Assembly (NCBI RefSeq): GCF_006345805.1
Contig: NC_043001.1
Location: forward strand, 110,670,001 to 110,734,000
DNA: 64,000 nucleotides
Reading direction: 5' to 3'
Source of the DNA: Octopus sinensis
Taxonomy: Eukaryota
The position numbers and the translations under genes are program-made. Below the pieces are notes generated by a model, which ran no database searches, was not told the DNA's origin, and worked only from the letters and a program-made list of their open reading frames with translations. Below are positions 39,870-54,388 of this stretch, piece after piece (position 1 is the stretch's first letter; each line of letters opens with the position of its first letter).

Positions 39870-40254
39870 GATAGATAGATAGATTGATAGATGTATTCTT
39901 TTTATATGTTAAAGCCATGGTAATATTTGTATATGATCAAATATTTAGAAGCGTGGTCTTATATAAAGTCGTTCACTCGAATTTAATGTTTGTTCTCTGA
40001 TCAATGTTTATATATATGCGTGTGTGTTTGTTTGTATGTATGTACGCATTAAAGAAAGCAAACATTAAAACAAAAGATAGCGTCTAGTATTCTGTTTAGT
40101 ATGCGGGACACAGGAATTTCTCCTCAAGAAAGTTGTAGATCATCTCACTCTCTCTCTCTCTTATTATTACTACCATTGCCACCATCAACACTACTACTTT
40201 TAATAAAATATCATGAACGCTCCTTAAATTTCTTTGTTTCTGTTTTCCTCTCTT

Positions 40255-40535
<281 letters not shown>

Positions 40536-41740
40536 CTTCGCCATCGCCTTCACCATCTCTGTGCCTACTATAACCCCCACCTCAGCACGAAGAAGTGTCA
40601 TCTCATTGAATAGCGAGAGAGAGGGAGTCGAAGTGTGACACGCTGACACACATACACATATATATACAGATATAAATATATATTCACACATATATATGTA
40701 CGTATATATATATATATATATATATATATAGCTATACATATATAGGGAGAGAGAGAGAGAGAGGGATAAATAAATAGATAGATATATATACGTATAGGAT
40801 TACGTAAGAGAGATTGCGATTGAGTCAGTGAGTGAAAGTGTAACACATATGGCATCACCTATTGATTTTGAACAAGTGTAAGAATACAGATAATTTTCGT
40901 AGACATGATTATGTAGGTGTGCTGTATCCAATGACGCATAAAGTCAGAAGCATAGACACGCATACACACAGGCACACATGCACGCACACAGATTTATAGC
41001 ATCTTGCAGATGTAATTCTCTTATCTGGCACATTGATTCCCGTGAGTATGATCTAAATCCTCAGATATCTGAAGATTATTTGATATGTGACCTGCATGAA
41101 AAATGAATAATAAACTCGGCTTTCTTTCTTCTTTACTTCTACCTCAGCATTTATGCATCGCCACCAGCGCATGTATCTTTGCATTTCATAACACGTAGTT
41201 TCCTTTTTGCCCTAGAACAGACCTTTATAATTTAGTTATTGAGAACTTCGAGTTGTGATGCACTCACTTAATCTCAAAAGGAATTTCTGATGGAACTAAA
41301 GGGGGTTATTTTTAGCAAAAGAACCAAATTTCCGTATCGGGAATTTTGGTTAAGAAATTTCCCTTCTTCATCGATGGCGATTATACTATATTTTAGCCCT
41401 AAGATGGGATACAAGAGTGAAAGAGATGTTGAACTGGATCAAAATTTAGGTGATCGAGAAAATGTTCCCTCTTACAGCGATTTTTCCCGTTCATTTCCGG
41501 CGCTATAACATAAGGAGCAGTCGAGCACTGTTCCAGCATGAGATACAACACTTTCCCTTTAATTTAACCCCAAAAGCTGTCTGGCAGGATTAAGTGCGTT
41601 CCGTAATGAAATGACTATTACATTCTATTGTCAGAGATCTCATCTACGTTGCGATAAAATGGCCAAATATAAATACAAACATACGCACACACACACACAC
41701 ACACACACACACCACACACACACACATATATATATGTATG

Positions 41741-41794
<54 letters not shown>

Positions 41795-43167
41795 GTGTGT
41801 GTGTTTGTATTTGTAAATATAATATGTGACAATTATTCGGTAGCCATGATTGAACTCCGTGTTTCGGATGTCGGGGCGGAAACCCACGCCGCCAGCTCTT
41901 CAGTTATCCAGCTTTGTTTTTTTCTTTCGATGGCCGGATACACTTGCTTGTTGTTCCTATACCTGTCTTCGTATTTGCTTTTCTACGAATTTGAACTATA
42001 GGGAGAGGGTGAGAGAGAGAGAGAAAGATAAACAGAAGGATAAATAGATAGATAGACAGATAGATAGACAGACAGATAAATAGACACATATAGATATATA
42101 GATGTGTGTGTATGTGTGTGTAAGGCTATATATGTAAATATATGCATATTTTATGTATATGTATAGTTGTCTGACTGCATTTGTTCATACATTTTGAGCC
42201 AAATGGCCGACTCTACCCGGTGTCCTGCAAGTTGAAATATCTAGATTTTAACAAAACCTACCCACCCACAAATGTGTGAGCGCGCGTGTATGTATGCGTG
42301 TATGCACATATACATACACACACATATATATATATATATGCTTATTAATATCATTATTACACTTATCTTCATTTATATTTTTACTCATGTGTTTCCCTCT
42401 CTCGCACGCGACACCTGTTATTAGTTATAGTAAGGAATAAAATGAGAATAAAACGGGAATTGTAAAAGAAAGGCGCCATTTTCTTAGTGAATAACCATCT
42501 CGGCTCATCTGTCAGACGTCAGTTTCTGCAGGGAACAAACACAAGTGAAGAATGTTAAAATTCTAGGTCGAGCATTCTTCGGAATTTAACTGTCGACTTC
42601 GCTGGTGCTATGGAGACAAGACATGAAAGGGAGTAAGAGAGGAAGATGAAGAAAGAGAAAGAGTGAGTGGCAGAGAGACTGATATGGTGAACGTGGAAAA
42701 AGAGATACAAATATGTGTAGAGAGAGATGCAAATAATGAAAGAAATTTTGTGTTCGTACGTAGTAGAACTTCATAGAAAATTTCGTAAGAGAAACCGAGT
42801 GGAAAAAAAAAAGAAAATTTGAGGAATGGTGTTTGGCATATGAATCGCAAAATGGGAGGTGTTAAAGACTAAAAAAGAATGAAAAAAAACACAAAGGAGG
42901 TAAAAATACAACGATGAAATATTCATATAGTTAAACTGGGATATATTAAATATCTTTATCCTTTCCAACGTCCGTTTGCTGCTTAGTTTTAAAATTTTCA
43001 ATTGTGTGATGAACGAAAAGCATATGGGCTTTTTTTTCTGGTTTGAAATTTCAAATATTTTGCAGCTTACATGTATAATCTTTTTCTTAATTAAAAAGTA
43101 TTAACGAATGCCATCCATGTATAATAAAACGATTAATCTTGTCAAAGCAATATTTCAAATATATGTG

Positions 43168-43303
43168 ACACTCCGTCGGTTGCGACGACGAGGGTTCTAG
43201 TTGATCCGATCAACGGAACAGCCTGCTCGTGAAATTAACGGGCAAGTGGCTGAGCACTCCGCAGACATTCGTACACTTAATGTAGTCCTCGGGGGAGATT
43301 CAG
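43168..43303 (+). mobile_element. Probable SINE-like tail fragment
   Basis: GC-richer block gacactccgtcggtt..gatccgatcaacggaacagcctgctcgtgaaattaac..gcaagtggctgagcactcc; recognised by style, with no second copy in the window. Confidence 0.35.
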
Positions 43304-43464
43304 CTCGTTAATGGCAATATTCTGATAACAAATATCTTTTGATATTTACCTCTCCCAGCAAATCTCCCCATGCTGTGAGTTCAGTTTGCTACATTGTGAC
43401 TGATTTTGGATTAACATCATGATATGAGAAACCCTAAGCAGTGTAAGGCATTCAATAAACTACG

Positions 43465-45458
43465 AGTGTGGGACCGTGTTATGTGCTCTCCTGCAGTCCT
43501 TCCATGCCATCGCCAAATTTTTGTGTCGCTTCTTGCAGCCAGCCAGGAGAGTCCTTTCGATTAGTACTTCATTCTTCCTTCCTCTGCTCTTACGCCCATA
43601 CCATATTTGTTCCACTGGTAGTAGGTCGTTCTCAGGTACTTAAAGATGCTGTTTTATATGACGCCCATCGTCAGTTTCCATATCAGTGGCAAACAAGATA
43701 TTGTGATAACAAATATCTTTTGATATGTACCTCTCCCAGCTTACCTCCCCATGCTGTGAGTTCAGTTTGCTACATTGTGAAACCGAATTCCCTTTACTTG
43801 GGTCCCTCTGGCATAGTACCGTTCTTCCTTTTGTCATCCTGGCCGGTAACTTGGATGTCACTACTCAGTATTTCTTCCATCTGTTTTGCATTTCTCTTGC
43901 GCAGAGCCGTCAAGCTGTTAAGCCAAAAGCCCTGAACCCCATCTGGGGCAAGCGCTTTCCAGTTCGGAATTTTCCTGCCCTGATCTCTAATAATATCTTC
44001 GGTTATCCACTAATCTTCCTGCTGATACTCTTCACTCTCCTCTTTGACTGCTTTCACCACTCCGCTTCAGTTTTGTGCTGTTTTTCCTGAGATCATGTGT
44101 TTGACCAGAATATTTTGCTCTCTTCAGTATCATATTTTTCTTTTCCATCCAGTTCTGATAGACTTGTTTCTGATCTTGTTCGAAAAGTCTATTTAATCTA
44201 TATTGCTCAATTCTCTGTTCATATCTCTTTACTTTATGTGCTTTACCTATCAGCCTCTGTTTTATTTCGTCAATCACAACATTGATTCCCTTTCTCTTCA
44301 CCCTATATTTCCTCTCTAGCTCAACATATTTTTCTCGCTGAACTTCATTTTTCTTTTTCCGTTCCAGAATATTAATATGCTTTCTGGTCTCGTTAATAGA
44401 CTGCGTTATTCTCCTTTTCAACCATGGTTCCTTCATTGTTGACATTTACCTTTGGATTTCAAACCTAACGTCCTGGTTATAAAGATCGATATTGCATTTA
44501 TCAGATTGTTGGTGTCTGTGATGTTGTCAGTTCTGGTATCACTAGTGATATCATTTATCTTCTTCACACATTCATTGAGTCTACTTTATTAAACACCGTA
44601 TGAAAGCTCTGTTCAAATATCAATGATTTCATTTAAAATGGATAACTGTTCCTCGGTTCTCTCATTGCTTTCCTGATCAACAGCCTTAGCCTCATGCTCG
44701 TTTCCTTCCTTTCACTCCACTGCCATAGTTTTACTATCCGTGTTCTCTTTCTCATCCTTCTGTTCATCGCTGGTCTTACTATCCCTATGCACCCGTCTCT
44801 TAATGCTTTCTATTTCAACTGGAAATAACCGTTCATTCATTCTGATGGCTGTAGCTTGGTCACACAGATTTTGTTTACTTAATTCAAATAGGCCTCTGTC
44901 GCTCCATGCCCTGTGCATTCGTTTCGTATATTCTCCAGCGAGTATTTCATTTTTATATCTCGGATTACTCAGAAAGTAGCTCTCCACTATACAGCCACAT
45001 TCATTTCTTTCGTCCACATTCTTTTAGCAGATGCTTGATGAGGACTGGGCACACGGTGCTCAACCGTGGAGCATCGCCGTGCGAGAGACCTTCAAAAGGT
45101 GTTCCAGCCTCATTCATGCCGTTATTCCTATTTTTATTTGATATTTCAGAACTCATTATGAGGGCTAGTGAATTTTATGTTGCACAACCACCGGTACTTT
45201 TTTTCCCGTGACATCATCACTGACAGGATCTCCACCCTAGCATATAGGATTCCTGTAATCCTGGTATAAGTTTTGATGTTTCCGTCATCTGAAAGGGGTT
45301 TCCAAGCGTTGTGATTGCTTCTGCTTCTTAGGTGTATGCTATGTTGGTGGCTGTTGTCTTGATTTTCTTCCTGTACGGTGTCAAACAAGCAAGAAACATA
45401 CACCCTCCTCGCAGAGCAAGCTCTGCGGGGTTCCCGGTTTAGTGGCCGACGTACCCAT
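43465..45458 (-). mobile_element. R4/Dong LINE 5' half (5' UTR, N-terminal domain, start of RT)
   Basis: Minus frames: KRMWTKEMN, SYFLSNP..KRMHRAW..LCDQATAIR, EPWLKRRI..KQRLIGKAHKVKRYEQR..NRLFEQDQK, RTVLCQRDPSKGNSV, CLPLIWKLMTG, DLLPVEQ, KNLAMAWKD. Confidence 0.85.
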
Positions 45459-45459
45459 A

Positions 45460-45602
45460 ATCATCATAATTATTATTTTTATTATTATTATTATTAGTAG
45501 TAGTAGTAGTAGTAGTAGTAGTTGTAGTAGTGTAGTAGTGGTGTAGTAGTGGTGGTGGTGGTGGTAGTAGTAGTATTAGTAGTAGTAGTAGTAGTAGTAG
45601 TA
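45460..45602. repeat. (ATT)n/(TAG)n/(TGG)n spacer between two R4/Dong pieces
   Basis: Direct reading. Confidence 0.9.
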
Positions 45603-46480
45603 TAGACGTCGCACAGAATACAATATTGTGAGGTTGTTGGTTGAAGATATTGTTTGTCAAGTCACAACAAGGACCTCAGGCAGACAGTACTTTACGCAAT
45701 ATGCGTGCAGTACCAATCAATGCCGACTTTTGCGAGACATCTAGACTATAGGGTATTTCTAAGGCTTTCAGATATTCTTGAGATTGGGTGATATTGAACT
45801 CAAGGGTCCAATGACAATAGGGATAACCTTTATATTTGACTCTCGTAGCTGCCATATCTTAGCGATCCCAATTTTCAGGTTTCTATATTTATCAACTGTT
45901 TATCTTTTTTTCATGATCATATATTGAACTCTTGCCACTGCCAAGTCAAAAATTAAGCCCTCTTGTTTGACCCTTCTAAAGGTTACTATATCCAGCCTTC
46001 GGTGCTCTACTTTGTCTGTCTGCAAATGAAAGTCCCAGAAGATTTTTGCTTCCCCGTTTTATCCATTAGTTATTCCTGGCTTATTTGGTAGCAAATACTC
46101 GTAACCTAATATCCATACTTACTGTGCTACCTCGTCGTGTTTATGCTTGCACACCTGCGCAGGACTTTCACAAGCACTAACAATGTGAGTCATACTTTCA
46201 TCCCTCTTCCCACACATTCTGCAGAGGTCTGTTGTCCTTGTGTGGTATATTTTGATTTTCAATGAGTTGGTATTCAATGCCTGGTCAGTATTTTTTACAA
46301 GGTCACTCCTGTCGATCCACCTCCAAGATGCTTCCTGGTCTTTTAATTGGTTGGTTTCATGGTGGAACTGATCGTGTATTTACATATGGATTGGGGTTTC
46401 TTCTCTCTCGTTGGCTGTTCTTGATCGGAATTCACGACCACTCTCAAATCCATGTTTCTTAAATCCTTCTGCAACAACAG
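45603..46480 (-). mobile_element. R4/Dong LINE 3' part (same subfamily as 30112-30763)
   Basis: Reverse complement aligns by eye with 30112-30763 (ctacgagactcaaatataaa, tactttagaagtaccctacagt, gacttgaca) and extends through the zinc-knuckle region. Confidence 0.75.
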
Positions 46481-48054
46481 CTGAAACTTTCATCTCCGCC
46501 ACCAACACCACAAATAATACCAATACAATTTAGAGACACCACAGTTTAAAAATGCAAAATAGCTAACTTCGTTAACGACGTGCTTTAAGAGGAAGTAATT
46601 AAATTAAAGCCACAAGAATTGAATAATGCTAAAAGGCTGGATGTAACACCTTCAGAAATAACAGCAATAACACCACCAACATTCAAAGCAGTAGCGACAA
46701 GTACAACAAGAAATATACCGACATCAAAAGTCATCGCATCTCAACATCCACAACAACTACAACCGAAACATCCCCAGAATTCAACTTTATCAACATCAGA
46801 AGAATTCCACAAAGCGTCGTAAGACATGAACGTACCCGACTCACACCACATTGACAGGTCGTGTGGAGAATGTGACAGTGACGATTCTAAATGGCAAACA
46901 CTGAGAAAAGGAAACAAAAATATGAAGAGGACAAAACGAGAATATGAATAAATGTAGGAGGTGCCTTTAAGCAATTATGCTTCAAAACATTTCCCAGCAG
47001 CAGCAATAATAGTATTATCAACAACATCATCTGCAACACCAGCAGCACTGCTATCTCACAAACACTATCACAAGCAGAAGATCAACAATCAGATCACACA
47101 TTCCTAACGATGGAAAATAAAAATTTGAATCATTGATTGCACATCCGTAAGCACAAACAACAGAATCCAGTCGCATGACACGCATCCAATTACAAGGACC
47201 TCACGCACTAACTACACTACATTGCAAATAGCTTTCAACTGCAAATAACATCCATACAAATATCGTAGCACATGTACAATAATTCAAAATATCAATACGC
47301 CAAGAAATTTCAGGGGAGATATAAGCATACAAATATATGAATTTCTGCGTGTGGAAACCAGCACAAGAAACCAGAGGAGACAAAGGCATGTCTATCCACA
47401 GGAATAAGGTAGGTGAACTTTTCTCGCCATTCTACCTCTGTCAGAGCAATCTACGTAAAGGTTTACAAACTTTGGTCGTCTCCGAAGCAGGAATACCTGC
47501 GTCAATACAGATCACAAGCAATAGAGGCCGTCAGAAATAGTTGTCGTCAGCAAAACCAGTTTCAGAGGCACAAATTTTAACGCCTGTTTCTAGTGGATAC
47601 GCGATTTGACACTCTCCAAACTTATCGATGTCTTGTGGTGCGGTTACTGTCTTATTTCGGTGGCGTCTGGATTTGAATATACGTGCGTGCTGGTCCCTTG
47701 CTGGATAAAAAACAGGCTGGATTCGGTCAAGGATCTCTGAGCCTGCCGGGTGCAACACTGTCACCATCAAGGGCTTCAATTTCATTACCACCATTATTCA
47801 CAATACTTCTTCTTCTTCTTCTTCTTCCAATCAGCGCTCACGCCATTAACCACGGAGAATAATTTCTAATTCGAGCCTGCTCTAAGCTACTAAGAATGCG
47901 TGCGGCAACTTGAAGATCCACCCACCACACGCGATAGCCTGGCGGTTGCACGGGCGCGAAAGCTACGTTGTTATCCTCATTCCGTAAACGGACGCTTTTA
48001 ACGGGTGGAGAGCTGAACGATCCTGAGGTACAGAGGATTGGCAATCTAGACTAG

Positions 48055-48302
48055 GATCTGAAAGTTCACCACACCATAGTGGGTTACAACATAGTTCCTC
48101 TGCTTTGGGGCAGAAGTAGGATGAAAGAGTGAGAGAAAGTTGTGATGAAAGAGTACAGCGGGGTTCACCCCTCACCGCCGGAGGTCGTGGTGCTTAGGTG
48201 TTTTTTCTCAGTATACACTTACAATGCCCGGTCTGGGAATCGAAACCGCCTTCTTACGACCGCAAGTCCGCTGCTCTGACCACTGAGCAATTGCGCCTCC
48301 AC
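48055..48302 (-). mobile_element. SINE-C variant
   Basis: Minus gtggaggcgcaattgctcagtggtcagagcagcggacttgcggtcg..ggtttcgattccc; body cacaactttctctcactctttc as at 7315. Confidence 0.7.
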
Positions 48303-48374
48303 ACTGTTGGTGTTTTCTGTAAATACCTATCGGCTCGCGTTTCCTAGCTAAATAATGATAGTTTTAAATGTTCG

Positions 48375-48512
48375 TAAAGGGCTAGTAATTCTGGTGGAGT
48401 GATTAAGTCGATTGCATCGATCCCAGTGTTCAACTGGTCCTTATTTTGTAGAACCTGAAAGGATGAAGGACAAAACTAACATTAGTAGAATTTGAACTCG
48501 GAACATAAAAAC
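48375..48512 (-). mobile_element. SINE-B 3' part, degenerate
   Basis: Minus ttatgttccgagttcaaattc..cctttcatcctttc..ccagttgaacactgggatcgatgcaatcgac. Confidence 0.55.
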
Positions 48513-49271
48513 AATTCTGCTAGATTACTGTCTTCTTGATTAATATCATTACCTTATTATTTGTAGGTAATGGGCGTTATGCATTGTGACTAGCTTAAGT
48601 AATATTGATTTCAATCCTTCTTGCTCTGTCGTTGACCACTTTAAACCTGGAAAAATAGAATTACTCAGACATAGTGTGCCTTCAGGAAATATGACATTTC
48701 AAGAAGCAATTCAACGAAAATATATTTGTTACAATGTTTGCATTTCACCTCATGTCTAGCGCTGAGATTTATATAACTTTGTCATGAAGCACATTACATT
48801 CAAGAGACTTGAAGGAAGAGTAGAATGCTGTCTAGATGCTTGAGATAACTTCATGAGAAAATTACATTTTTCATAATACTGGTCATCAAGACTATCATTT
48901 TCAGTCATGTTTGCATGTGAGTAGGTAATTTTACCTAAGACTTCATCATAAAGTTCATGAACCTTAATTAAATTTGCTATATCCTTACATTCACATTTTT
49001 ATAAAGAAATTAGGAGGGAAGTGCAGTTTTATAAAGTGCAAGTTCTCTTAATATATAGCAATTTTTCTCATTTTTATAATCAACAATACCCTAAGTAGGG
49101 CGTAAATTTTTTCACTTTGTAAAACTTGAAATCCACAGACTTCGCAAATATTTATGTTATCATTACACGTATATTCGACATAATTTTGATAAAATTTGCT
49201 ATAGCAATCTCAACGTTAGAATAAAGGTGGTTCCTTCTTTCATAAGTAGAAAGATGAAACATTCACACTTG

Positions 49272-49313
<42 letters not shown>

Positions 49314-49316
<3 letters not shown>

Positions 49317-49478
49317 TGCAGGAGTGGCTGTGTCTTAAGTAGCTTGCTTACCAGCCACGTGGTTCCGGGTTTATTCCCACTGCGTGGCATGTTGGGCAAG
49401 TGTTTTCTACTATAGCCTCGGGTCGACCAAAGCCTTGTGAGTATATTTGGAAGACAGAAACTGAAAGGCGCCCGTTGT
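49314..49478 (+). mobile_element. SINE-A 5' half
   Basis: aggtgcaggagtggctgtg..gttccgggtt..cccactgcgtggca..gacagaaactgaaag. Confidence 0.8.
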
Positions 49479-49545
49479 ATATATGAATATGTATATATAT
49501 ATATATATATATAATATATATATATTATATATACATACACACACT

Positions 49546-49577
<32 letters not shown>

Positions 49578-49837
49578 CCGGTGTTGTTCAAACGATGAAT
49601 AGCCTTCGCGTAAACCATTGGTTCGTTTTGTTCTCTTAGGTCATTATCATCTTATAATAATCTCATAATAATGACCTTTACGACTCGTATTACTACCTCA
49701 GTCAATCTAAATGTATATATCTGTCACTACCTGTCATAAATAGCCTTTTTCTATTTGCAATATGCATTTTCGTTGATTTTTCATATTTTACCTTTACATT
49801 TCCATATGTATTATATTTTCTTTTCGTAACATATTTC

Positions 49838-49882
<45 letters not shown>

Positions 49883-51230
49883 ATAATATATATATATATA
49901 TTATATATATATATATATGTATGTATGTATGTATTTCAAAAGGAAAATCGAGCAAATTTTGTTAAAGAATTCAGCCCGCTACTTACTATAGATATAAAAT
50001 CGGAAAGCGTTGATCTATGTGTACTTCTAAATAAATTACTTTATTGAAATATATATTTCAAATTCCAATTCATGCGCAGCAAAAACTTCAAAGATCGATT
50101 TTGCACAACTCGTACTGAATAGTATTAAAATTGATGATTTTGTGAATATTGCTTTAATATTTAAGATTCACTGTTTGCTTAAGATTTGTTATGTAGGTTT
50201 AAGGATTTGATTAAAATTAGTCTGAAATATCTTGAGCAGAAAATCCACATACGAGATGGTGACTTTAAATTGACCACAATCAAACGCATTTGATACTTTT
50301 TAAGTCTTACTTAGTATAGATGCCTTGTTAAAACACCGAATGCTGCGCCATTAGCCTTAGAGCATCCTTTCATATAGGGACTGGGTGCATAAAAGAACAC
50401 ACATAGATATGCTAAGAACTGTAGGTTCTTGTATGCTCCAAGCACAAACCTAAGATGGTGTCTCAAGTCTAATAATGCAGTAGTCAATGTTCTAACAAGG
50501 CATGTATGTTACGTTGGACATAAAGTTTACCTTTGTTATTAATACTGCTTCCGTCGTTAATAATTAGACACTTTTGAAATGAAATTATCATCAAGTTCAA
50601 AGTAAATTTCAAACTCAAAAACATCATTCAAGTTTCTACCAAATTCATCGTCACACACAACAAAGCCCTTAAAATTGCTTCATTTCTTATTTCGTGTCGT
50701 ATATGGTATTTTTCCCAAAGTAAGGAATTTCTTCAATGCTCAATGGTTAAGGGTATTGATCCAATTACAAAAGTCAGTTTTCTCTTTGTAAACAATAATT
50801 TCAAAATCATGTACCATTCATTTTATTTGACACAAGGATTTGCGAATTACAAGATCTTCATATCATCATGCATACGAATTTCGAAAATTTCGAAACCACA
50901 CGGGCAATAAAGATGTATACCGTTTCATTAATACCGAATATCCTTTAAACCCGACATCAGCTCAGTTACGTAAGTCGTGGCTAATGATATGCCGGCAACG
51001 ATGAAGGTAACATACACGTACGCGTGCGCACTGCGTTGCTTGGTAATAAGGACTTGCAATGTATAATTATAGGTGTATGTATGCATATTGATGTATGTAT
51101 ATAGACACACACACAAACACACACATACGCACACACATATATAAATGCCCCTTACCAGGCATTCGAGCACAGAAACATAAACACATATACAGACATACAT
51201 ATATGTGTTTACATACTGATATCTGTAACA

Positions 51231-51269
<39 letters not shown>

Positions 51270-51394
51270 CAAACATATATACATAGCTATATAAATGTAT
51301 GTACATATATATACATATATCTGTATAAATGCATGTATATATATATATATATATATATACATACATATATACATACCTATATAAATGTATGTAT

Positions 51395-51448
<54 letters not shown>

Positions 51449-51793
51449 ATATATATAATATATATATATATATATACCTATATAAATGTATGTATATATA
51501 TATATATTTGTGTGTGTACATGTGTATTATGTATGTGTGTGCATTGCGAGAAGATGCATACCGTTGTCTAGACAGATGGCGGCCTACTTCGACACAAGCC
51601 AAGTAAAGACCAGTGCACAGAGGGTATCATAAAAAGAAGATTACACTCTAACTAAAAGTGTACTCGAATAAAGCGGGTTTAATAAACATCACTCAGTGAT
51701 TATTAAGATGGTAAGTACGTGATAATTCTGTAACGTAAGAGCCAAGATATTAGTAAATGTATTATACATAGTGAAATGTGCTTCACTATGTTA

Positions 51794-51834
51794 GTGGGTA
51801 TGTGAGCCTAAACATTCATGCGCGCGTGTGTGCG

Positions 51835-51892
<58 letters not shown>

Positions 51893-52055
51893 TATGTATG
51901 TATATATATATATATATTATATATATATATATTATAATATATATATATATATGTATGTATGTATGTATATATATATATATATACATATTTATAATATATA
52001 AACATATATATGTGGGTATGTGAGCCTAAACATTCATGCGCGCGTGTGTGCGTAA

Positions 52056-52094
<39 letters not shown>

Positions 52095-52167
52095 CACATA
52101 TGTATGTATATATATAATATATATATATAATATATATATATATAATATATATAAATATATATGTATG

Positions 52168-52210
<43 letters not shown>

Positions 52211-52223
52211 AACATATATATGT
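51794..52223. repeat. Tandem duplication of a ~218-bp TA-rich unit
   Basis: gtgggtatgtgagcctaaacattcatgcgcgcgtgtgtgcgtaaat at 51794 and 52012. Confidence 0.85.
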
Positions 52224-52682
52224 AGATATGTATATGTGTATATACACATGTGAAATTGTGTAGTTATCTATATATATGTGTGTGTGTGTGTGTGTCTGTG
52301 TCAGTGTGTGTGTGGGGGTGTATCTATGTGTGTATACATATATCCTCACCCTAATGTTGTAATGGAAAGAAAAGAAATGAATAGAGAGGGGTTGATTTAT
52401 AGAGTGGTATATAATTATGTAAGAAGAAAGTTTAGTCATGAACAAATTGATACACAGACGTGTCTCATACATATAACTTATTCGTCCTTTGCGTTTTCTT
52501 TTCCTTATTATAATCCTTGCATGCTGGCCATGTAGGAGCACCGCCACTAACAAATCTACTGAGCTACTTGATTTTAAGCCTGGTCTTATTTCTGACCACA
52601 TCATGCCAAAACGAGAAGCTATCAGGACACAAACAAACAACAGTCGTCATTTCGAAACAAAAACAACACGCACATAAACACT

Positions 52683-52781
<99 letters not shown>

Positions 52782-53549
52782 ATACGTAGTGTGTGTCACA
52801 TCAATACCACAACCGACTGGGAGTGCGACGTTTAACACCATCGCTAACAGTACCGATATGGAGAACGCCAACTTTGACTACTACCCTGGTATTTCTCTTC
52901 TATCACCAACCATCAGCCAGGTTACCACTACCGTTCCCAGTGTGACCTCTACAGCAACAGCAACACAAAGACCAACACTTGGAGTGCCTCTGCTTCAACT
53001 CCACCATCAGAATAAACGGGTCGCTGCCCATCCGGATATTCAAATGCAAGGATCTACATAGAACCACATTTCTTACACTGTTATTTTCTGATGATGGGCG
53101 TTTGCATCCAAAATATAAAGCTTCAAATTTCGTCGTTAGACTTTTGAATTTCCTCATTTCATTTTTTATTATACTTCTGTATCGTGAACAACGCTGACCT
53201 TCTTACGTAACAGTATGTGTTTTAGACTGTACCCTCTTACGCGGCATATGTATGTCAAACATTTCAAGAACATAGTAAACAATAGACGGTCAAAATAAAG
53301 GCAAATATCAGTTTTTCGAACGTTCTATGTTAACAGAAAAAGATAAAGGTGGAACTGCCAAACCGATTTAGAATGTTATTTTGTTTCTAACAATTTTGTC
53401 AAAAGAAGAAATGAGGAAAAAAAAAACGAATTAGTTTTGTCTTGTGTATTCGATTATACATCGAAACGTTGCCTAAAGAACTTGTTCAGTTTGGCAGAAC
53501 ATCCGCTCTTCACTCTGGCGATTATCCAAATAACACTGTTATACGCTTA

Positions 53550-53810
<261 letters not shown>

Positions 53811-54388
53811 GTACGTATTTACGTATTTGTGTGTACGTGTTCATATGTATATGTATACAGAAGTGAAGAAATGGAGACACGGATAAGCTACATCAGTGGT
53901 CAGAGAAACATAAAATATACATACGAATAGAGCAACCGTAGAGTGAGTAAATACTGCTGAGCAGCAATTAATTTCTCACTGAAGCGTATCAATGATTCGG
54001 TTTTGATATCCGATTGAAATCATTTCCATTCGCTTCTGATGTGAAACTGAATATTAAATAATCTTTCGCTACTCATTTGTTAAAAATCACAAGTTAGAGC
54101 TTCTTTAGATATGCTACGAAAACACTCTCAGTTATCGGCTTGCTTTCTAAACGATATTTCACCCCTTTCATCTCCCTTACCTGTCTTCCTTTATAAGCTC
54201 TCTTTTCTCCTTTCTCTCTATTAAGCTCCTTACTCTAAAACCCTATCTACAAGCCTAAATGATAGATTCCATATTGAAATAGTATATTCTGGTTTTTGAT
54301 CATGGACTTTTGATGAGTGATACATAATAACGAACCTCTGTAGTTCCACGTTCTGTTTTTGCTTTGTATATATATTTTTTGTATATAT

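Noticed and set aside
43700-43780. attgtga pair as a 7-bp TSD
   Set aside because: Both copies overlap native RT codons (SQ and PI), and excision between them does not restore the consensus frame.
48553-48646. Minus-strand 94-nt exon candidate (GLKWSTTEQEG..), and plus-strand candidates near 42530-42631 and 6980-7047
   Set aside because: Splice-like dinucleotides and short open frames occur by chance at this scale; no homology or consistent gene model.
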